Shown: positions 47,718-58,202 of the stretch, piece after piece
Layout: each line of letters begins with the position of its first letter
Position numbering within the stretch: position 1 is the first letter of the stretch
NCBI GenBank assembly: GCA_963422745.1
Contig: OY730477.1
Coordinates: 759,734-823,733, forward strand
Source of the DNA: Acidimicrobiales bacterium
GTDB lineage: Bacteria > Actinomycetota > Acidimicrobiia > Acidimicrobiales > Aldehydirespiratoraceae
Direction: 5' to 3'
DNA length: 64,000 nt
Translations under genes and position numbers: made by a program
Notes under the pieces: generated by a model
The model's input: the letters and a program-made list of their open reading frames with translations, nothing else
The model's database searches: none
Told to the model about the DNA's origin: nothing

Positions 47718-49126
47718 CTCGGCCCCAGATCCGACGGAGTGGCAAATGTGCCAGCCACGGCGGTGGCGGCCGCGACGGCAGGGGACACCAGATGGGTTCT
47801 CCCACCCCGACCCTGGCGTCCTTCGAAGTTGCGGTTGGAGGTGGATGCTGCACGCTCGCCGGGTTGCAGCTTGTCGGGATTCATGGCCAGACACATCGAG
47901 CATCCCGGCTCGCGCCAATCGAACCCGGCGGAGCGGAAAGTCCTGTCAAGCCCCTCGGCCTCGGCCTGGGCTTTCACCCGACCCGAGCCGGGAACGACCA
48001 GCGTCCGAACGCCGCCATGCACCCGCCGACCCTCGATCACCTCGGCCGCCGCTCGCAGATCCTCGATTCGGCTGTTGGTGCACGAACCGATGAAGACGGT
48101 GTCAACCTTCACGTCTCGGATCGGGGTGCCCGGCTTCAGACCCATGTAGTCCAAAGCATGTGCCGCGGTGTTGCGTGCGGATGGATCGTCGAAACTATCA
48201 GGATCCGGGACGATGTCGTCGATTGCGATGACCTGCGCTGGGTTGGTCCCCCACGAAACCTGGGGGACGATGTCGGATCCGTCGATGACAACCTCATGGT
48301 CAAAGGTCGCATCCTCGTCACCGACCAGCGACATCCAGTCCTGAACAGCAGCGTCCCAGTCGCTGCCCTTGGGTGCCTTTTCGCGTCCTTGGAGATAGCT
48401 CAACGTCACGTTGTCGGGAGCGATCAGTCCGGCCTTGGCACCACCCTCAATCGACATGTTGCACACCGTCATACGGCTCTCCATCGACAAGTTACGGATC
48501 AGGCTTCCCCGGTACTCGATGATCTTGCCGCTCCCGCCGCCCGTGCCGATTCGGCCTATCACGGCCAATATCACGTCCTTGGCTGTCGACCCCGCGGGGA
48601 GCGCGCCGTTGATGGTGATCGCCATAGTGCCGGGCCGGGTCTGCGGCAGTGTCTGGGTGGCGAGGACATGTTCCACTTCGCTTGTCCCGATTCCGAAGGC
48701 GATGGCACCGAACGCGCCGTGTGTGGATGTGTGGGAGTCGCCACACACGATCGTCATGCCCGGATGGGTGAGTCCCTGCTCCGGGCCGATCACATGGACG
48801 ATGCCCTGATCCGGGTGCCCCATCGGGTAGTTGACAACGCCGAACTCTTCGGCGTTACGTCTCAACGCTTCGACCTGTCGACGGCTGATCTCATCGGCGA
48901 TCGGCTGGTCAATGTCGGCGGTGGGGACATTGTGATCCTCTGTGGCGATCGTCAGGTCCGGTCGGCGGACCTGACGCCGAGAGAGCCTCAGCCCGTCAAA
49001 GGCTTGCGGTGATGTGACCTCGTGGATGAGGTGAAGATCGATATACAGAAGGTCCGGTTCGCCGTCGCTGCCGACCTTGACGACATGTCGATCCCAGATC
49101 TTTTCGCTGAGTGTGCGTGCTGTCAT
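47714..49126 (-). CDS. leuC: 3-isopropylmalate dehydratase large subunit
   Basis: [12 protein letters not shown].., [14 protein letters not shown] and [12 protein letters not shown]. Confidence 0.9.
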   Translation of the reverse strand: MTARTLSEKIWDRHVVKVGSDGEPDLLYIDLHLIHEVTSPQAFDGLRLSRRQVRRPDLTIATEDHNVPTADIDQPIADEISRRQVEALRRNAEEFGVVNYPMGHPDQGIVHVIGPEQGLTHPGMTIVCGDSHTSTHGAFGAIAFGIGTSEVEHVLATQTLPQTRPGTMAITINGALPAGSTAKDVILAVIGRIGTGGGSGKIIEYRGSLIRNLSMESRMTVCNMSIEGGAKAGLIAPDNVTLSYLQGREKAPKGSDWDAAVQDWMSLVGDEDATFDHEVVIDGSDIVPQVSWGTNPAQVIAIDDIVPDPDSFDDPSARNTAAHALDYMGLKPGTPIRDVKVDTVFIGSCTNSRIEDLRAAAEVIEGRRVHGGVRTLVVPGSGRVKAQAEAEGLDRTFRSAGFDWREPGCSMCLAMNPDKLQPGERAASTSNRNFEGRQGRGGRTHLVSPAVAAATAVAGTFATPSDLGPR

Positions 49127-50277
49127 CTGTGTGTTTTCCTGTTGGTTCGCCTGGATTGCGCCTCCATGGTTACGTTGCGTATGAGATCAACGAAGGGCTT
49201 TACAAAAACGTCGGGCCTGGTGACGCAACCAGCGTGGGTTATTGGTATGTGAGTGATTCGTGCCTGAGGCAGCTGTGACGCCAGCACGTGTTGGGTTCCG
49301 GCGTCAACGACTTGGTCCAGGGTGGTTACCGCTATGCCCACCGCCGCGTTGATCCCCGACACCCAGGAGCGACTGTCAAACCTTGCCAGCTCGCCGCCAG
49401 CCTCCAGTAGGGCTGGTAGTTCAGCGGACCCGATTTCTGTTGCGAACCATCGCAGTGGCTCGGTGTCACCAGGACGCGAAGCGACCCTAAATCCACGCGC
49501 AAGCAATGCCAGTTGCCGGCGCCGACTCAATGGTTTCGTGAGTGGGGCGACCGCACCTGCGGTGTGCAATAGTCGGGTTTGGCGGGCGCTTCTCGGTAAA
49601 CGGGCCCAGGTCGCCGCCAAGACGACACCGTCGACTAACTCCGGGTGGTCGCGGGCGACGAGTTGGGCCACGGCACCTCCCATGGAATATCCGACAACCA
49701 CTATGGGGTTTTCGCACCTCATCGTGTGCAACATGGCCGCCACGTCATCCGCGGCATCAACAAGCCTGAACCGGCTCCGGCTACGGATTCCTTGACCGTG
49801 ACCACGATGATCGATGCTGATGACGTCGGCGAACTCTGCGAGAGGCTCATAGACCCGGAACCAGTTCAATGCACCGGTGACCGACCATCCGTGAAGCAAT
49901 ATCAAGGTGGGGCGATGCTTTGGGTATGCGTCACTGAGTTGGCGCACGAAAGTCGTGCCACGTCCAGACAACTCCAAGGAATATCCAACCGGCAGACGTG
50001 GGCGGCCGGTGCTGGGATCGCCTTGCTCGAATCTTTCGTCACCGGACCGAAATAGCTTCGTCGGGGCTCTCAGAACGTCATCACTAGTTGCCGTTGTGGT
50101 GTCTGACGCGTGGGTGGGGGCGGTCAGAATGTCATCACTGGTTGCGGTTGTGGTGTCTGACGCATGGGTGAGGGCCGACCCGGGTGCGTCTGGGTCACCG
50201 AAAACGCAGTCAGGTCGAGGCGATGGCATCGTGCACTTGTAGGACGCTGCGAGCGGTTTTGGGTTCCGCAGTTGCAT
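49123..50277 (-). CDS. Alpha/beta-fold hydrolase (start uncertain) with an N-terminal 18-aa duplication
   Basis: ILLHGWS and the nucleophile elbow GYSMGG. There is a 4-nt overlap with the leuC start. Confidence 0.65.
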   Translation of the reverse strand: MQLRNPKPLAASYKCTMPSPRPDCVFGDPDAPGSALTHASDTTTATSDDILTAPTHASDTTTATSDDVLRAPTKLFRSGDERFEQGDPSTGRPRLPVGYSLELSGRGTTFVRQLSDAYPKHRPTLILLHGWSVTGALNWFRVYEPLAEFADVISIDHRGHGQGIRSRSRFRLVDAADDVAAMLHTMRCENPIVVVGYSMGGAVAQLVARDHPELVDGVVLAATWARLPRSARQTRLLHTAGAVAPLTKPLSRRRQLALLARGFRVASRPGDTEPLRWFATEIGSAELPALLEAGGELARFDSRSWVSGINAAVGIAVTTLDQVVDAGTQHVLASQLPQARITHIPITHAGCVTRPDVFVKPFVDLIRNVTMEAQSRRTNRKTHR

Positions 50278-50285
50278 AGAACGCC

Positions 50286-50756
50286 TTATTCGATTGCAAC
50301 GACAACGACCTTCATTGTCGCTCCCGTGGGTGTGTTGAATGTCACTACGTCCTTCACCGACGCTCCCAGCAGGGCCGCCCCCATAGGTGAGCGAGGCGAA
50401 ACCACAGTCACGTCGCTGGACTGCTCCTCAATCGATCCGACCAGGTATTTTTGGGTTTCGTGTTCGCCGTGGTGAAGCACTGTCACAGTTGTTCCAGTTC
50501 GAACGGTCTCAGAATCCTTGCCGCCAACCACGATCTCGGCATAATCGAGAATGTGCGCCAGGTGCAGAATTCGGCCCTCCATCCTGCCCTGCTCCTCTTT
50601 GGCTGCGTGATAGTCGCCGTTCTCGGACAGGTCGCCGAGCTCTCGTGCGGATTCGATCTTGCGTGCGATGTCAATGCGACCGCGGGTGGTGAGGTCGCGA
50701 TGCTCGGCGGCGAGCCGATCGAAGGCGGCTTGCGAAAGCTGTTGTACCTCGGCCAT
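50286..50756 (-). CDS. greA: Transcription elongation factor GreA
   Basis: GDLSENGDYHAAKEEQ. 156 aa from the ATG at 50756. The longer track ORF (to 51233) was rejected. Confidence 0.85.
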   Translation of the reverse strand: MAEVQQLSQAAFDRLAAEHRDLTTRGRIDIARKIESARELGDLSENGDYHAAKEEQGRMEGRILHLAHILDYAEIVVGGKDSETVRTGTTVTVLHHGEHETQKYLVGSIEEQSSDVTVVSPRSPMGAALLGASVKDVVTFNTPTGATMKVVVVAIE

Positions 50757-50915
50757 GCCATCAACGCTACCTACCCGAGGCATCGATTGGGTAGCTGCAC
50801 GACACCGCCCAAGATCGAGCAGAACGTGAATCGGTGCTGTCATTCGCGCCCGGAAATCCCCGCCGGTAGACTTATGTGAAGCGAACACCGAGCGAGAGTA
50901 TGAAGGGTCGCGGAG

Positions 50916-51881
50916 ATGGCGCACCGAGTCGCAGTCGTGGGGGGTGACGGGATCGGTCCCGAAGTCGTCGCAGAGGGACTCAAAGTTGTTGCTGCGGCGG
51001 GTGTTGATCTCGATGTCGTTGATTACGACCTCGGAGGCGAGCGTTATCTTCGCGACGGTGTGGTCCTGCCTGATGAGATCGTCGCTGAGTGGCGCAGTTT
51101 TGACGCGATTTACCTCGGCGCCGTCGGAACACCCGCCGTTGCGCCCGGCGTGATCGAGCGAGGGCTCTTGTTGAAGATGCGGTTTGATCTTGACCTCTAC
51201 GTCAATCTGCGGCCTTTCGTCGCGGACACCCATGACTTTGTGGTGATCCGGGAGAACACCGAGGGCACCTACACCGGCGAGGGTGGGTTCCTACGCCGCA
51301 ACACACCTCATGAGATCGCAACCCAGGGCTCGGTCAACACCCGTCATGGCGTGGAGCGGGTTTGTCGCTACGCCTTTGACCTCGCCACGAAGCGCAACGG
51401 TCACGTCACGCTGGTTCACAAGACCAACGTGTTGACCTATTCGGGTGACCTTTGGCAGCGCACATTCAACGACGTTGCAGTCGATTATCCCGGCTGCAGT
51501 ACCGCCTACAACCACGTTGACGCAGCCTGTATCTACTTCGTGCAAGACCCGCAGCGCTACGACGTCATCGTCACCGATAACCTCTTCGGTGACATCCTGA
51601 CCGATCTCGGCGGCGCCGTCTCCGGTGGCATCGGCCTGGCACCGACAGCAAACATCAACCCCGAAGGGGTGTCCATGTTCGAACCCGTGCACGGTTCGGC
51701 ACCCGACATCGCCGGCACCGGCAAGGCCAACCCGATCGCGGCTGTACTATCGGCCGCCATGATGCTTGATCACCTAGGTGAAGGCTCCACGGCGGAACGG
51801 ATTCGCGTTATATGTTCCGGTCATGCCTGCATGACCGGCACCACATCGCACATCGGGGACGCCATAGTCGCCCGTCTGTGA
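50916..51881 (+). CDS. leuB: 3-isopropylmalate dehydrogenase
   Basis: RVAVVGGDGIGPEV, NLFGDILTDLGG and HGSAPDIAG. Confidence 0.85.
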   Translation: MAHRVAVVGGDGIGPEVVAEGLKVVAAAGVDLDVVDYDLGGERYLRDGVVLPDEIVAEWRSFDAIYLGAVGTPAVAPGVIERGLLLKMRFDLDLYVNLRPFVADTHDFVVIRENTEGTYTGEGGFLRRNTPHEIATQGSVNTRHGVERVCRYAFDLATKRNGHVTLVHKTNVLTYSGDLWQRTFNDVAVDYPGCSTAYNHVDAACIYFVQDPQRYDVIVTDNLFGDILTDLGGAVSGGIGLAPTANINPEGVSMFEPVHGSAPDIAGTGKANPIAAVLSAAMMLDHLGEGSTAERIRVICSGHACMTGTTSHIGDAIVARL

Positions 51882-51967
51882 TCGGCTCACCGTCCGAACC
51901 ACGTCCGCATGAAATCACCCGCAATTCCTGACACCCCGTCGGCTTCATAAGCCAGGAGGATCCGCCC

Positions 51968-52885
51968 ATGCCGATAACGCCCACGCCCAACATCTGGATG
52001 AATGGCGAGATGGTGCCCTGGAACGACGCAAAGATCCATGTGCTCACCCACACCCTGCACTACGGCACAGGGGTGTTTGAAGGTATCCGTGCATATGAGA
52101 CAGCTGATGGACCAGCTCTGTTTCGTCTCACCGACCACATCAAACGCCTATACGACTCTGCCCGGATACTCGGGATGGTCATGCCTTTCTCGGTGCCTGA
52201 GATTGTGCAGGCATGCAAAGACGTCGTTGCCGACTCGGGCCTGTTGGAGTGCTACCTACGTCCGATCGCCTACTACGGCTACGGCGAGATGGGACTCGCA
52301 ACCACTGACTGCAACATCGACATCGCCATCGCTGCGTGGCCATGGGGCGCCTACCTCGGTGACGACGCCGCTACCCGAGGTGTGCGCATGAAGATCAGTT
52401 CCTGGAACCGCCATGATCACAACATCATGCCGCCGTCGTCGAAGACCACCGGCAACTATGCCAACTCAACGCTCGCCAAGATGGAGGCGCTGCGGGCGGG
52501 ATACGACGAAGCGATCATGTTGAACAGTGTGGGGCTGGTGAGCGAATGCTCTGGCGAGAATCTGTTCTGTCGCAAAGGCGACGTTGTGATCACACCGCCG
52601 ATCAGCTCGGGTGCCCTTGCCGGGATAACCCAGGATTCGGTGACCCGACTCGCCCAAGATCACGGCATTGAAATCAGGATCGGCGACATGTCCCGCAGCG
52701 ATCTGTACACCGCCGATGAGATCTTCGTAGTCGGCACAGCCGCTGAGATCAGCGCGGTCAACTCCGTCGACGACCGGCCTATCCGTTGTCCGGGCCGGTG
52801 CACCTCAACGTTGGCTACGGCGTACGCTGAACTGGTTCGCGGCAAGAACCCGAAGTATGCAGCCTGGAATGAACTGGCGGCCTGA
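51968..52885 (+). CDS. ilvE: Branched-chain amino acid aminotransferase
   Basis: IWMNGEMVPWNDAKIHVLTHTLHYGTGVFEGIRAY and ECSGENLF. Confidence 0.85.
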   Translation: MPITPTPNIWMNGEMVPWNDAKIHVLTHTLHYGTGVFEGIRAYETADGPALFRLTDHIKRLYDSARILGMVMPFSVPEIVQACKDVVADSGLLECYLRPIAYYGYGEMGLATTDCNIDIAIAAWPWGAYLGDDAATRGVRMKISSWNRHDHNIMPPSSKTTGNYANSTLAKMEALRAGYDEAIMLNSVGLVSECSGENLFCRKGDVVITPPISSGALAGITQDSVTRLAQDHGIEIRIGDMSRSDLYTADEIFVVGTAAEISAVNSVDDRPIRCPGRCTSTLATAYAELVRGKNPKYAAWNELAA

Positions 52886-53051
52886 GATCGTGTCCACTGC
52901 TCGCGTCGCGGCTGGCCTATCCGTTGTCCGGGCGGGTGCACCTCAACGTTGGCTACGGCGTACGCTGAACTGGTTCGCGGCAAGAACCCGAAGTATGCAG
53001 CCTGGAATGAACTGGCGGCCTGAGATCGTGTCGACTGCTCGCGTCGCGGCC
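52776..53051 (+). repeat. 138-bp tandem duplication (x2) spanning the last 36 codons, the stop and 28 nt downstream of ilvE
   Basis: ggcctatccgttgtccggg occurs at 52776 and 52914. cctgagatcgtgtc occurs at 52881 and 53019. Confidence 0.9.
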
Positions 53052-53076
53052 GTGATGTTCTAAGGGAGCAGCCGAC

Positions 53077-54744
53077 GTGATATCGCGATCTTCGTCAACG
53101 CTGCGTGTTCCTAGTGCGGGTGTTGATAGATCTCCGCGCCACGACCCTGCGTGGCCGCTGCACGTCGACATCTATGACACCACCCTGCGTGATGGCAGTC
53201 AGCTTGAGGGGATATCACTCACCGTTGATGACAAGCTCAGGATCGCCGAGCAACTCGATCATTTGGGCGTGGCCTACATCGAGGGTGGCTGGCCTGGTGC
53301 CAACCCCAAAGACGACGAGTTCTTTGCCCGAGCCCGAGACGAGCTTCGCTTCGACACCTCGGAGTTCGTGGCGTTCGGCTCCACCCGCCGGCCCCGTGGC
53401 AAGGTCGACTCGGATTCGACGCTCACCAATCTGGTGGGAGCGGGCACCGCGGTGGTGTGCATTGTCGGCAAGTGCTGGGACTATCACGTCACCGAAGCAC
53501 TGGCGACTTCCCTCAACGAGGGCGTGGAAATGGTGGCCGACTCGGTCGCATACCTGAGAGCGCGAGGCAAGAGGGTGTTCTTTGATGCCGAGCATTTCTT
53601 CGACGGATACCTGCGCAATCCCGAGTACTCGCTTCGTGTAGTTGAGGCCGCGGCCTTGGCGGGTGCGGAAGTGGTGGTGTTGTGCGACACCAACGGCGGC
53701 ACCTTGCCTCCCGACGTCGAGACCGCTGTGGCCGCAGTGGTAGGCAACATCGATTGTCGGGTCGGGATCCATCTCCACAACGACACCGGCTGCGGCATAG
53801 CCAACGCATTGGCCTCGGTGCGCGCCGGGGCCACCCAGGTACAGGGCACGATCAACGGCTACGGTGAAAGAGTCGGGAACTGCGACCTGGTTCCGATCAT
53901 CGCGAACCTTGAACTCAAGATGGGGATTCGCTGCTTGCCCGATGGTCGCCTGAACAGGCTCACCTCGGCTGCTCATCACGTTGCCGAGCTCGTCAATTTC
54001 TCCGTCGATCCTCAGCAGCCCTATGTTGGTGCCACTGCCTTCGCGCACAAGGCCGGGCTGCATACCTCAGCGCTTGCGCGCACCGCGGATGCCTATGAGC
54101 ATGTTGATCCCACAGCGGTCGGCAACGACACCCGGGTGCTCGTGTCGGAGATGGCGGGACGTTCCACTCTTGAGATGAAGGCCAAGAGTCTCGGCATCGT
54201 GATCAGCGCCAAAGCGCTCGGCGAGGTTGTGGACACTCTCAAGAAGCTGGAGCACGAGGGTTACCACTTCGAAGCTGCGGATGCATCACTGGAGTTGCTG
54301 ATGCGTGGGGCGGCCGGCTGGGAGCAGCCCTACTTTCGACTTGAGTCGTTTTCGGTGGATATGGCGCATCGCTCCGGGACAGGAGCTCGGGCATGGAACG
54401 ACGTCGCTGTTGATATCAACACTGAGGCCATTGTGAAGCTCTGGGTCGGCGGCGAGCGCTGCATGGCCTTGGGCGAGGGAAATGGCCCCGTCAATGCTTT
54501 GGATTCGGCTCTGCGTTTGGCTCTTGATGGGCGCTACGACGGGCTCGATCGCATATCACTAACGGATTTCAAGGTCCGAGTTCTAGACACCGCCCGCGGC
54601 ACTGGTGCGGTAACACGTGTGCTGATCCGCTCGACCGACGGTAAGCGTGAGTGGTCCACCATAGGTGTCAGCGAGAACATCATCGAGGCGTCTTGGCAGG
54701 CGCTGATGGATTCCATCGTGTTCGGTCTGCTGCATTCTAACTGA
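53077..54744 (+). CDS. cimA: Citramalate synthase (LeuA/CimA family)
   Basis: IYDTTLRDGSQLEGISLTVDDKLRIAEQLDHLGVAYIEGGWPGANPKDDEFF. HLHNDTG. AAGGGAG lies upstream of the GTG at 53077. Confidence 0.8.
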   Translation: MISRSSSTLRVPSAGVDRSPRHDPAWPLHVDIYDTTLRDGSQLEGISLTVDDKLRIAEQLDHLGVAYIEGGWPGANPKDDEFFARARDELRFDTSEFVAFGSTRRPRGKVDSDSTLTNLVGAGTAVVCIVGKCWDYHVTEALATSLNEGVEMVADSVAYLRARGKRVFFDAEHFFDGYLRNPEYSLRVVEAAALAGAEVVVLCDTNGGTLPPDVETAVAAVVGNIDCRVGIHLHNDTGCGIANALASVRAGATQVQGTINGYGERVGNCDLVPIIANLELKMGIRCLPDGRLNRLTSAAHHVAELVNFSVDPQQPYVGATAFAHKAGLHTSALARTADAYEHVDPTAVGNDTRVLVSEMAGRSTLEMKAKSLGIVISAKALGEVVDTLKKLEHEGYHFEAADASLELLMRGAAGWEQPYFRLESFSVDMAHRSGTGARAWNDVAVDINTEAIVKLWVGGERCMALGEGNGPVNALDSALRLALDGRYDGLDRISLTDFKVRVLDTARGTGAVTRVLIRSTDGKREWSTIGVSENIIEASWQALMDSIVFGLLHSN

Positions 54745-54855
54745 CCGCTGCGTTGTCCTGTTTGATTGCGGGTCTTTGATTGCGACGTTGTCGTTGATTG
54801 CTCCTCTGGTCGGTTCTGAGGCTTTGTTTGGTGCCGGGTCGGTTCCGCTCGGTGA

Positions 54856-56298
54856 GTGACCGTTAGCCTCGGCTTGGTGAATGCTCCTCGTGTCCGGTTC
54901 GCGCCAGCCCCGACCGGTTACCTGCACGTCGGCAGCGCACGATCGGCGCTGTTCAACTGGCTCTATGCGCGTGGTCACGGCGGCACGATGGTGTTGCGAA
55001 TCGAAGACACCGATGCGTCGCGCAAGACCCAAGCCTTCGTGGACGCCATCCTGGAGCCGCTCAGATGGCTGGGCATCGACTGGGACGAGGGCCCGTACTT
55101 CCAAAGCGACCGGACCGAATCCCATGTCTGTGCGGTCCAGCGTCTGGTTCGTAGCGGCTGGGCATACAACTGTGATCTAACCCGCGACGAGATTATTGCC
55201 CTGTGTCGTTCATCGGGCTTGCCTGAGGGCTACCACGGATGGTCTCGTGACCGTGACGTTCAAGACGGCCCCGGTGTGGTTGTCCGGTTCCGGGTGCCCA
55301 ACGATCAACAGGTGGTCGTAAACGACATCGTTCGTGGACGCGTTGAGTTCGCAAGCCACACGATCGAGGACTTTGTCATCAGGCGAGGCAACGGAACCCC
55401 GACCTTCCATATCGCCAACACCGTCGACGATCACGACATGGGCATAACGCACGTGATTCGTGGCGAGGATCTGCTCAACACAACGCCCAGGGTGCTGCTG
55501 TTGTGGCGCGCGCTCGGCTACGGAGACCCTCCGAACTACGCCCATCTTCCGTTGCTGGTGAATGCCCAGCGCAAGAAGCTGTCGAAACGCCGTGACGACG
55601 TGGCGCTGGGGACCTACATGGCTCGCGGGTACCTGCCCGAGGCCATGGTCAATGCTCTGGCTCTGCTGGGTTGGGGACCGCGCGACGGGGTCGAGATCCG
55701 CCCGATCGCAGAGATCGTTGAGTTGTTCACGCTGGCTGAGGTGAACCGGTCGCCCGCGTTTTTTGATATCGACAAGCTCAACCACCTCAATGCTGCCTAC
55801 ATAAAGGCGCTCCGGCCTGCTCGGTTCGCGGAACTGGTAGAGCCCTATCTGTTGGGCCCGGATGTGGGTTGGCCAGTCGAGGCCTACCGCGCCGAGGTGG
55901 TCGAGGCGCTGGCACCCGATATCCAGCAGCGTATCTCGGTGCTGTCAGAAGCTCCGCAGTGGCTGCGCTGGCTGTTCGTTGACGGGATCGATAGCTTCGA
56001 CCAGCGATCGTGGACCAAAGCGATGATCAAGGGCCGTGCGGCCGCCCGTGTGATTGACGAGGTCGCCGAAGCGCTGCGTGAATTGGACTTCAAGAACCCA
56101 GACGAGATCGAAGCCGCGGTAATGGGTGTCGGAAACCGTCTGACGGCTGAGCTCGGTAGCCGGGTGATGTCACAGGCACCGGTGCGGGTCGCGCTAACCG
56201 GTCATAGCGCTGGCATTCCGCTGTGGCGGGCTATGACCCTGTTGGGTCGCGATGCTTGCCTCGCCCGCTTGGCCGCTGCTCGTTCCCGACTGTTGTAA
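54856..56298 (+). CDS. gltX: Glutamate--tRNA ligase
   Basis: RFAPAPTGYLHVGSARSALFNW (HIGH-type) and KLSKRR (KMSKS-type). It is followed by tRNA-Gln and tRNA-Glu. Confidence 0.9.
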   Translation: MTVSLGLVNAPRVRFAPAPTGYLHVGSARSALFNWLYARGHGGTMVLRIEDTDASRKTQAFVDAILEPLRWLGIDWDEGPYFQSDRTESHVCAVQRLVRSGWAYNCDLTRDEIIALCRSSGLPEGYHGWSRDRDVQDGPGVVVRFRVPNDQQVVVNDIVRGRVEFASHTIEDFVIRRGNGTPTFHIANTVDDHDMGITHVIRGEDLLNTTPRVLLLWRALGYGDPPNYAHLPLLVNAQRKKLSKRRDDVALGTYMARGYLPEAMVNALALLGWGPRDGVEIRPIAEIVELFTLAEVNRSPAFFDIDKLNHLNAAYIKALRPARFAELVEPYLLGPDVGWPVEAYRAEVVEALAPDIQQRISVLSEAPQWLRWLFVDGIDSFDQRSWTKAMIKGRAAARVIDEVAEALRELDFKNPDEIEAAVMGVGNRLTAELGSRVMSQAPVRVALTGHSAGIPLWRAMTLLGRDACLARLAAARSRLL

Positions 56299-56650
56299 TA
56301 ACCCGACTGTTATAGCACCCAGCGCGATGAGCTGGCTATGACCCTGTTGGGTCGCGATGCTTGCCTCGCCCGCTTGGCCGCTGCTCGTTCCCGACTGTTG
56401 TAATAACCCGACTGTTATAGCACCCAGCGCGATGAGCTGGCTATGACCCTGTTGGGTCGCGATGCTTGCCTCGCCCGCTTGGCCGCTGCTCGTTCCCGAC
56501 TGTTGTAATAACCCGACTGTTATAGCACCCAGCGCGATGAGCTGGCTATGACCCTGTTGGGTCGCGATGCTTGCCTCGCCCGGCTGGCCGCTGCTCGTTC
56601 CCGACTGTTGTAACAACCCGACTGCTATAGCACCCAGCGCGATCAGCTGG
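56231..56650 (+). repeat. 105-bp tandem repeat x4 whose first unit contains the last 22 codons and stop of gltX
   Basis: ctatgaccctgttggg occurs at 56231, 56336, 56441 and 56546. The last unit is slightly diverged. Confidence 0.95.
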
Positions 56651-56739
56651 GTTTTCTGGGTAGTTCAACTGGGTTGCTGGGAACTTCGTTACTGGGGACT
56701 TCGGTAGTCCTGGGAACTTCGGTAGCCTGCAAGCAACCT

Positions 56740-56811
56740 TCGGGGATGGTGTAATAGGTAACACTACTGGTTCTGGTCCAGTCATTGGGGGTTCGAGTCC
56801 TCCTCCCCGAG
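56740..56811 (+). tRNA. tRNA-Gln (anticodon CTG)
   Basis: Hand-folded cloverleaf: acceptor TCGGGGA/TCCCCGA, D stem GTGT/ACAC, anticodon stem ACTGG/CCAGT with loop TTCTGGT, and a T arm with loop TTCGAGT. CCA is not encoded. Confidence 0.85.
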
Positions 56812-56918
56812 CCGATTGATCCGAGCAACACCACACCGGTGTGGCGCGCGGCAACGCCAAACGACAACTGCATCTGGTTATGCTCGCTGAGCCAGCCGCC
56901 TCTGGTGGTAACACACAG

Positions 56919-56991
56919 GCCCCGTTCGTCTAGCGGCCGAGGACGCCACCCTCTCAAGGTGGTAGCACGGGTTCAAATCCCGTACGGGGTA
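56919..56991 (+). tRNA. tRNA-Glu (anticodon CTC)
   Basis: Hand-folded cloverleaf: acceptor GCCCCGT/ACGGGGT, anticodon stem CCACC/GGTGG with loop CTCTCAA, T arm ACGGG-TTCAAAT-CCCGT. Confidence 0.85.
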
Positions 56992-57167
56992 CCCAATACA
57001 CACCGGCGACTCAAGTATCCGCCACAGCGGTGTCGTCGCTGGGAGGCGATGAATTTGCGGCCTCAATTGGAGGCAGACCGAACCCTTCCTAGGTACTGGC
57101 GTCGCTTACCGCTCACACATGGCATTCTCTACGTTGCGTCGGAGCTGTGTTGTGGATCTAGGGTGAT

Positions 57168-58202
57168 TCACCCAGCCACCACAACACGCATGGCGTCTAT
57201 GGACTTCTGGTCGCCCAGCACCACGAGAACATCGCCTGGGTTCACTCTCGTATCCGGATTTGGGGCAACGACATAGACGTTGTCGGTGCGGATGGCCAGG
57301 GTCAGCGCATGGTGGGTGCTGGTGGCGAATGTGTCGCCGAGCCGACGGTTGAGCACCGGTGATCCGTCCGAGACAGCAATCTCAACGATTTGCATACCTT
57401 GGGTCTCGCCGTGGAGTGCCTCATCCATGAAATCCGCAAGGGTCGGGTGCAGAGCCAGAGCACCCATTCTTGCTCCGCCGATCTCGTAGGGACTAACGAC
57501 TCGATCCGCTCCCGCTTGGTGGAACTTAGCTGTGTTCGCCCGTGAGCGGGTGCGCGCGACGATGAACAAATCGGGGTTCAGGGCCTTGGCGGACAACGTG
57601 ACATAGAGGTTGTCCGGGTCGGAGTCAAGTGCCGTGATCAGCGTACGCGCCCGGTCTACCCCTGCTCGGCGCAAGGTTTCATCGTCGGTCGCCTCACCGG
57701 TGATCTGCAGATGGTCGCTCTGCGGTTTCGATAGTTGGTCTATCACCACGCATGTGACGTCGTGATGACCGATGTACCGAAGGATCGCTTGGCCCACACG
57801 GCCTGCCCCGACAAGGATGACATGGTCAGAAACTTGATCAATCATGCGTTGTGTTCTCCGGAGACGAAGACTGTCATTGAATGTGCCCGCCATCAGGGAC
57901 TCCACGAACACGCCGAGGGTGTATAGGACAGCCCCCACGCCGAACACGACAAGCAGCAGGGTGAAGACCCTGTAGCCGCGGTCAATTCGGGCGGTTGGTC
58001 CGATCTCGCCGAACCCTACGGTGGTGACCGTTATGGCGGTCTGGTAAAGAGCATCAAAGAGGCTCAACCCAAGCAGCCGATAACCGATCACGCCGAATGC
58101 CGTGACGGTGCAGAATGTGGCGAGGCTGATCTGCACCCGCCTCCACGGATCCGATTCCGATGGTGAGATTCGGAGCCGAAGGCCTCGAAGAGGGAACTTC
58201 AC
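57168..58202 (-). CDS. Two-TM potassium channel with a cytoplasmic RCK/TrkA-N domain
   Basis: Selectivity filter TVTTVGFGE and Rossmann-type ILVGAGRVGQ. Confidence 0.8.
   Translation of the reverse strand: MKFPLRGLRLRISPSESDPWRRVQISLATFCTVTAFGVIGYRLLGLSLFDALYQTAITVTTVGFGEIGPTARIDRGYRVFTLLLVVFGVGAVLYTLGVFVESLMAGTFNDSLRLRRTQRMIDQVSDHVILVGAGRVGQAILRYIGHHDVTCVVIDQLSKPQSDHLQITGEATDDETLRRAGVDRARTLITALDSDPDNLYVTLSAKALNPDLFIVARTRSRANTAKFHQAGADRVVSPYEIGGARMGALALHPTLADFMDEALHGETQGMQIVEIAVSDGSPVLNRRLGDTFATSTHHALTLAIRTDNVYVVAPNPDTRVNPGDVLVVLGDQKSIDAMRVVVAG

Noticed and set aside
50757-51233. N-terminal extension of the greA ORF (and similarly 47718..47918 for leuD)
   Set aside because: The extensions overlap the divergent leuB gene and the leuC 3' end, and they have no family similarity. 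The conserved proteins start at 50756 and 47717 (ATGA overlap with leuC).
56651-57167. Integrated mobile element or att sites at the tRNA-Gln/tRNA-Glu and tRNA-Pro (62808..63283) loci
   Set aside because: There is no integrase or phage genes, no duplication of tRNA 3' ends, and the flanking genes are ordinary chromosomal genes.
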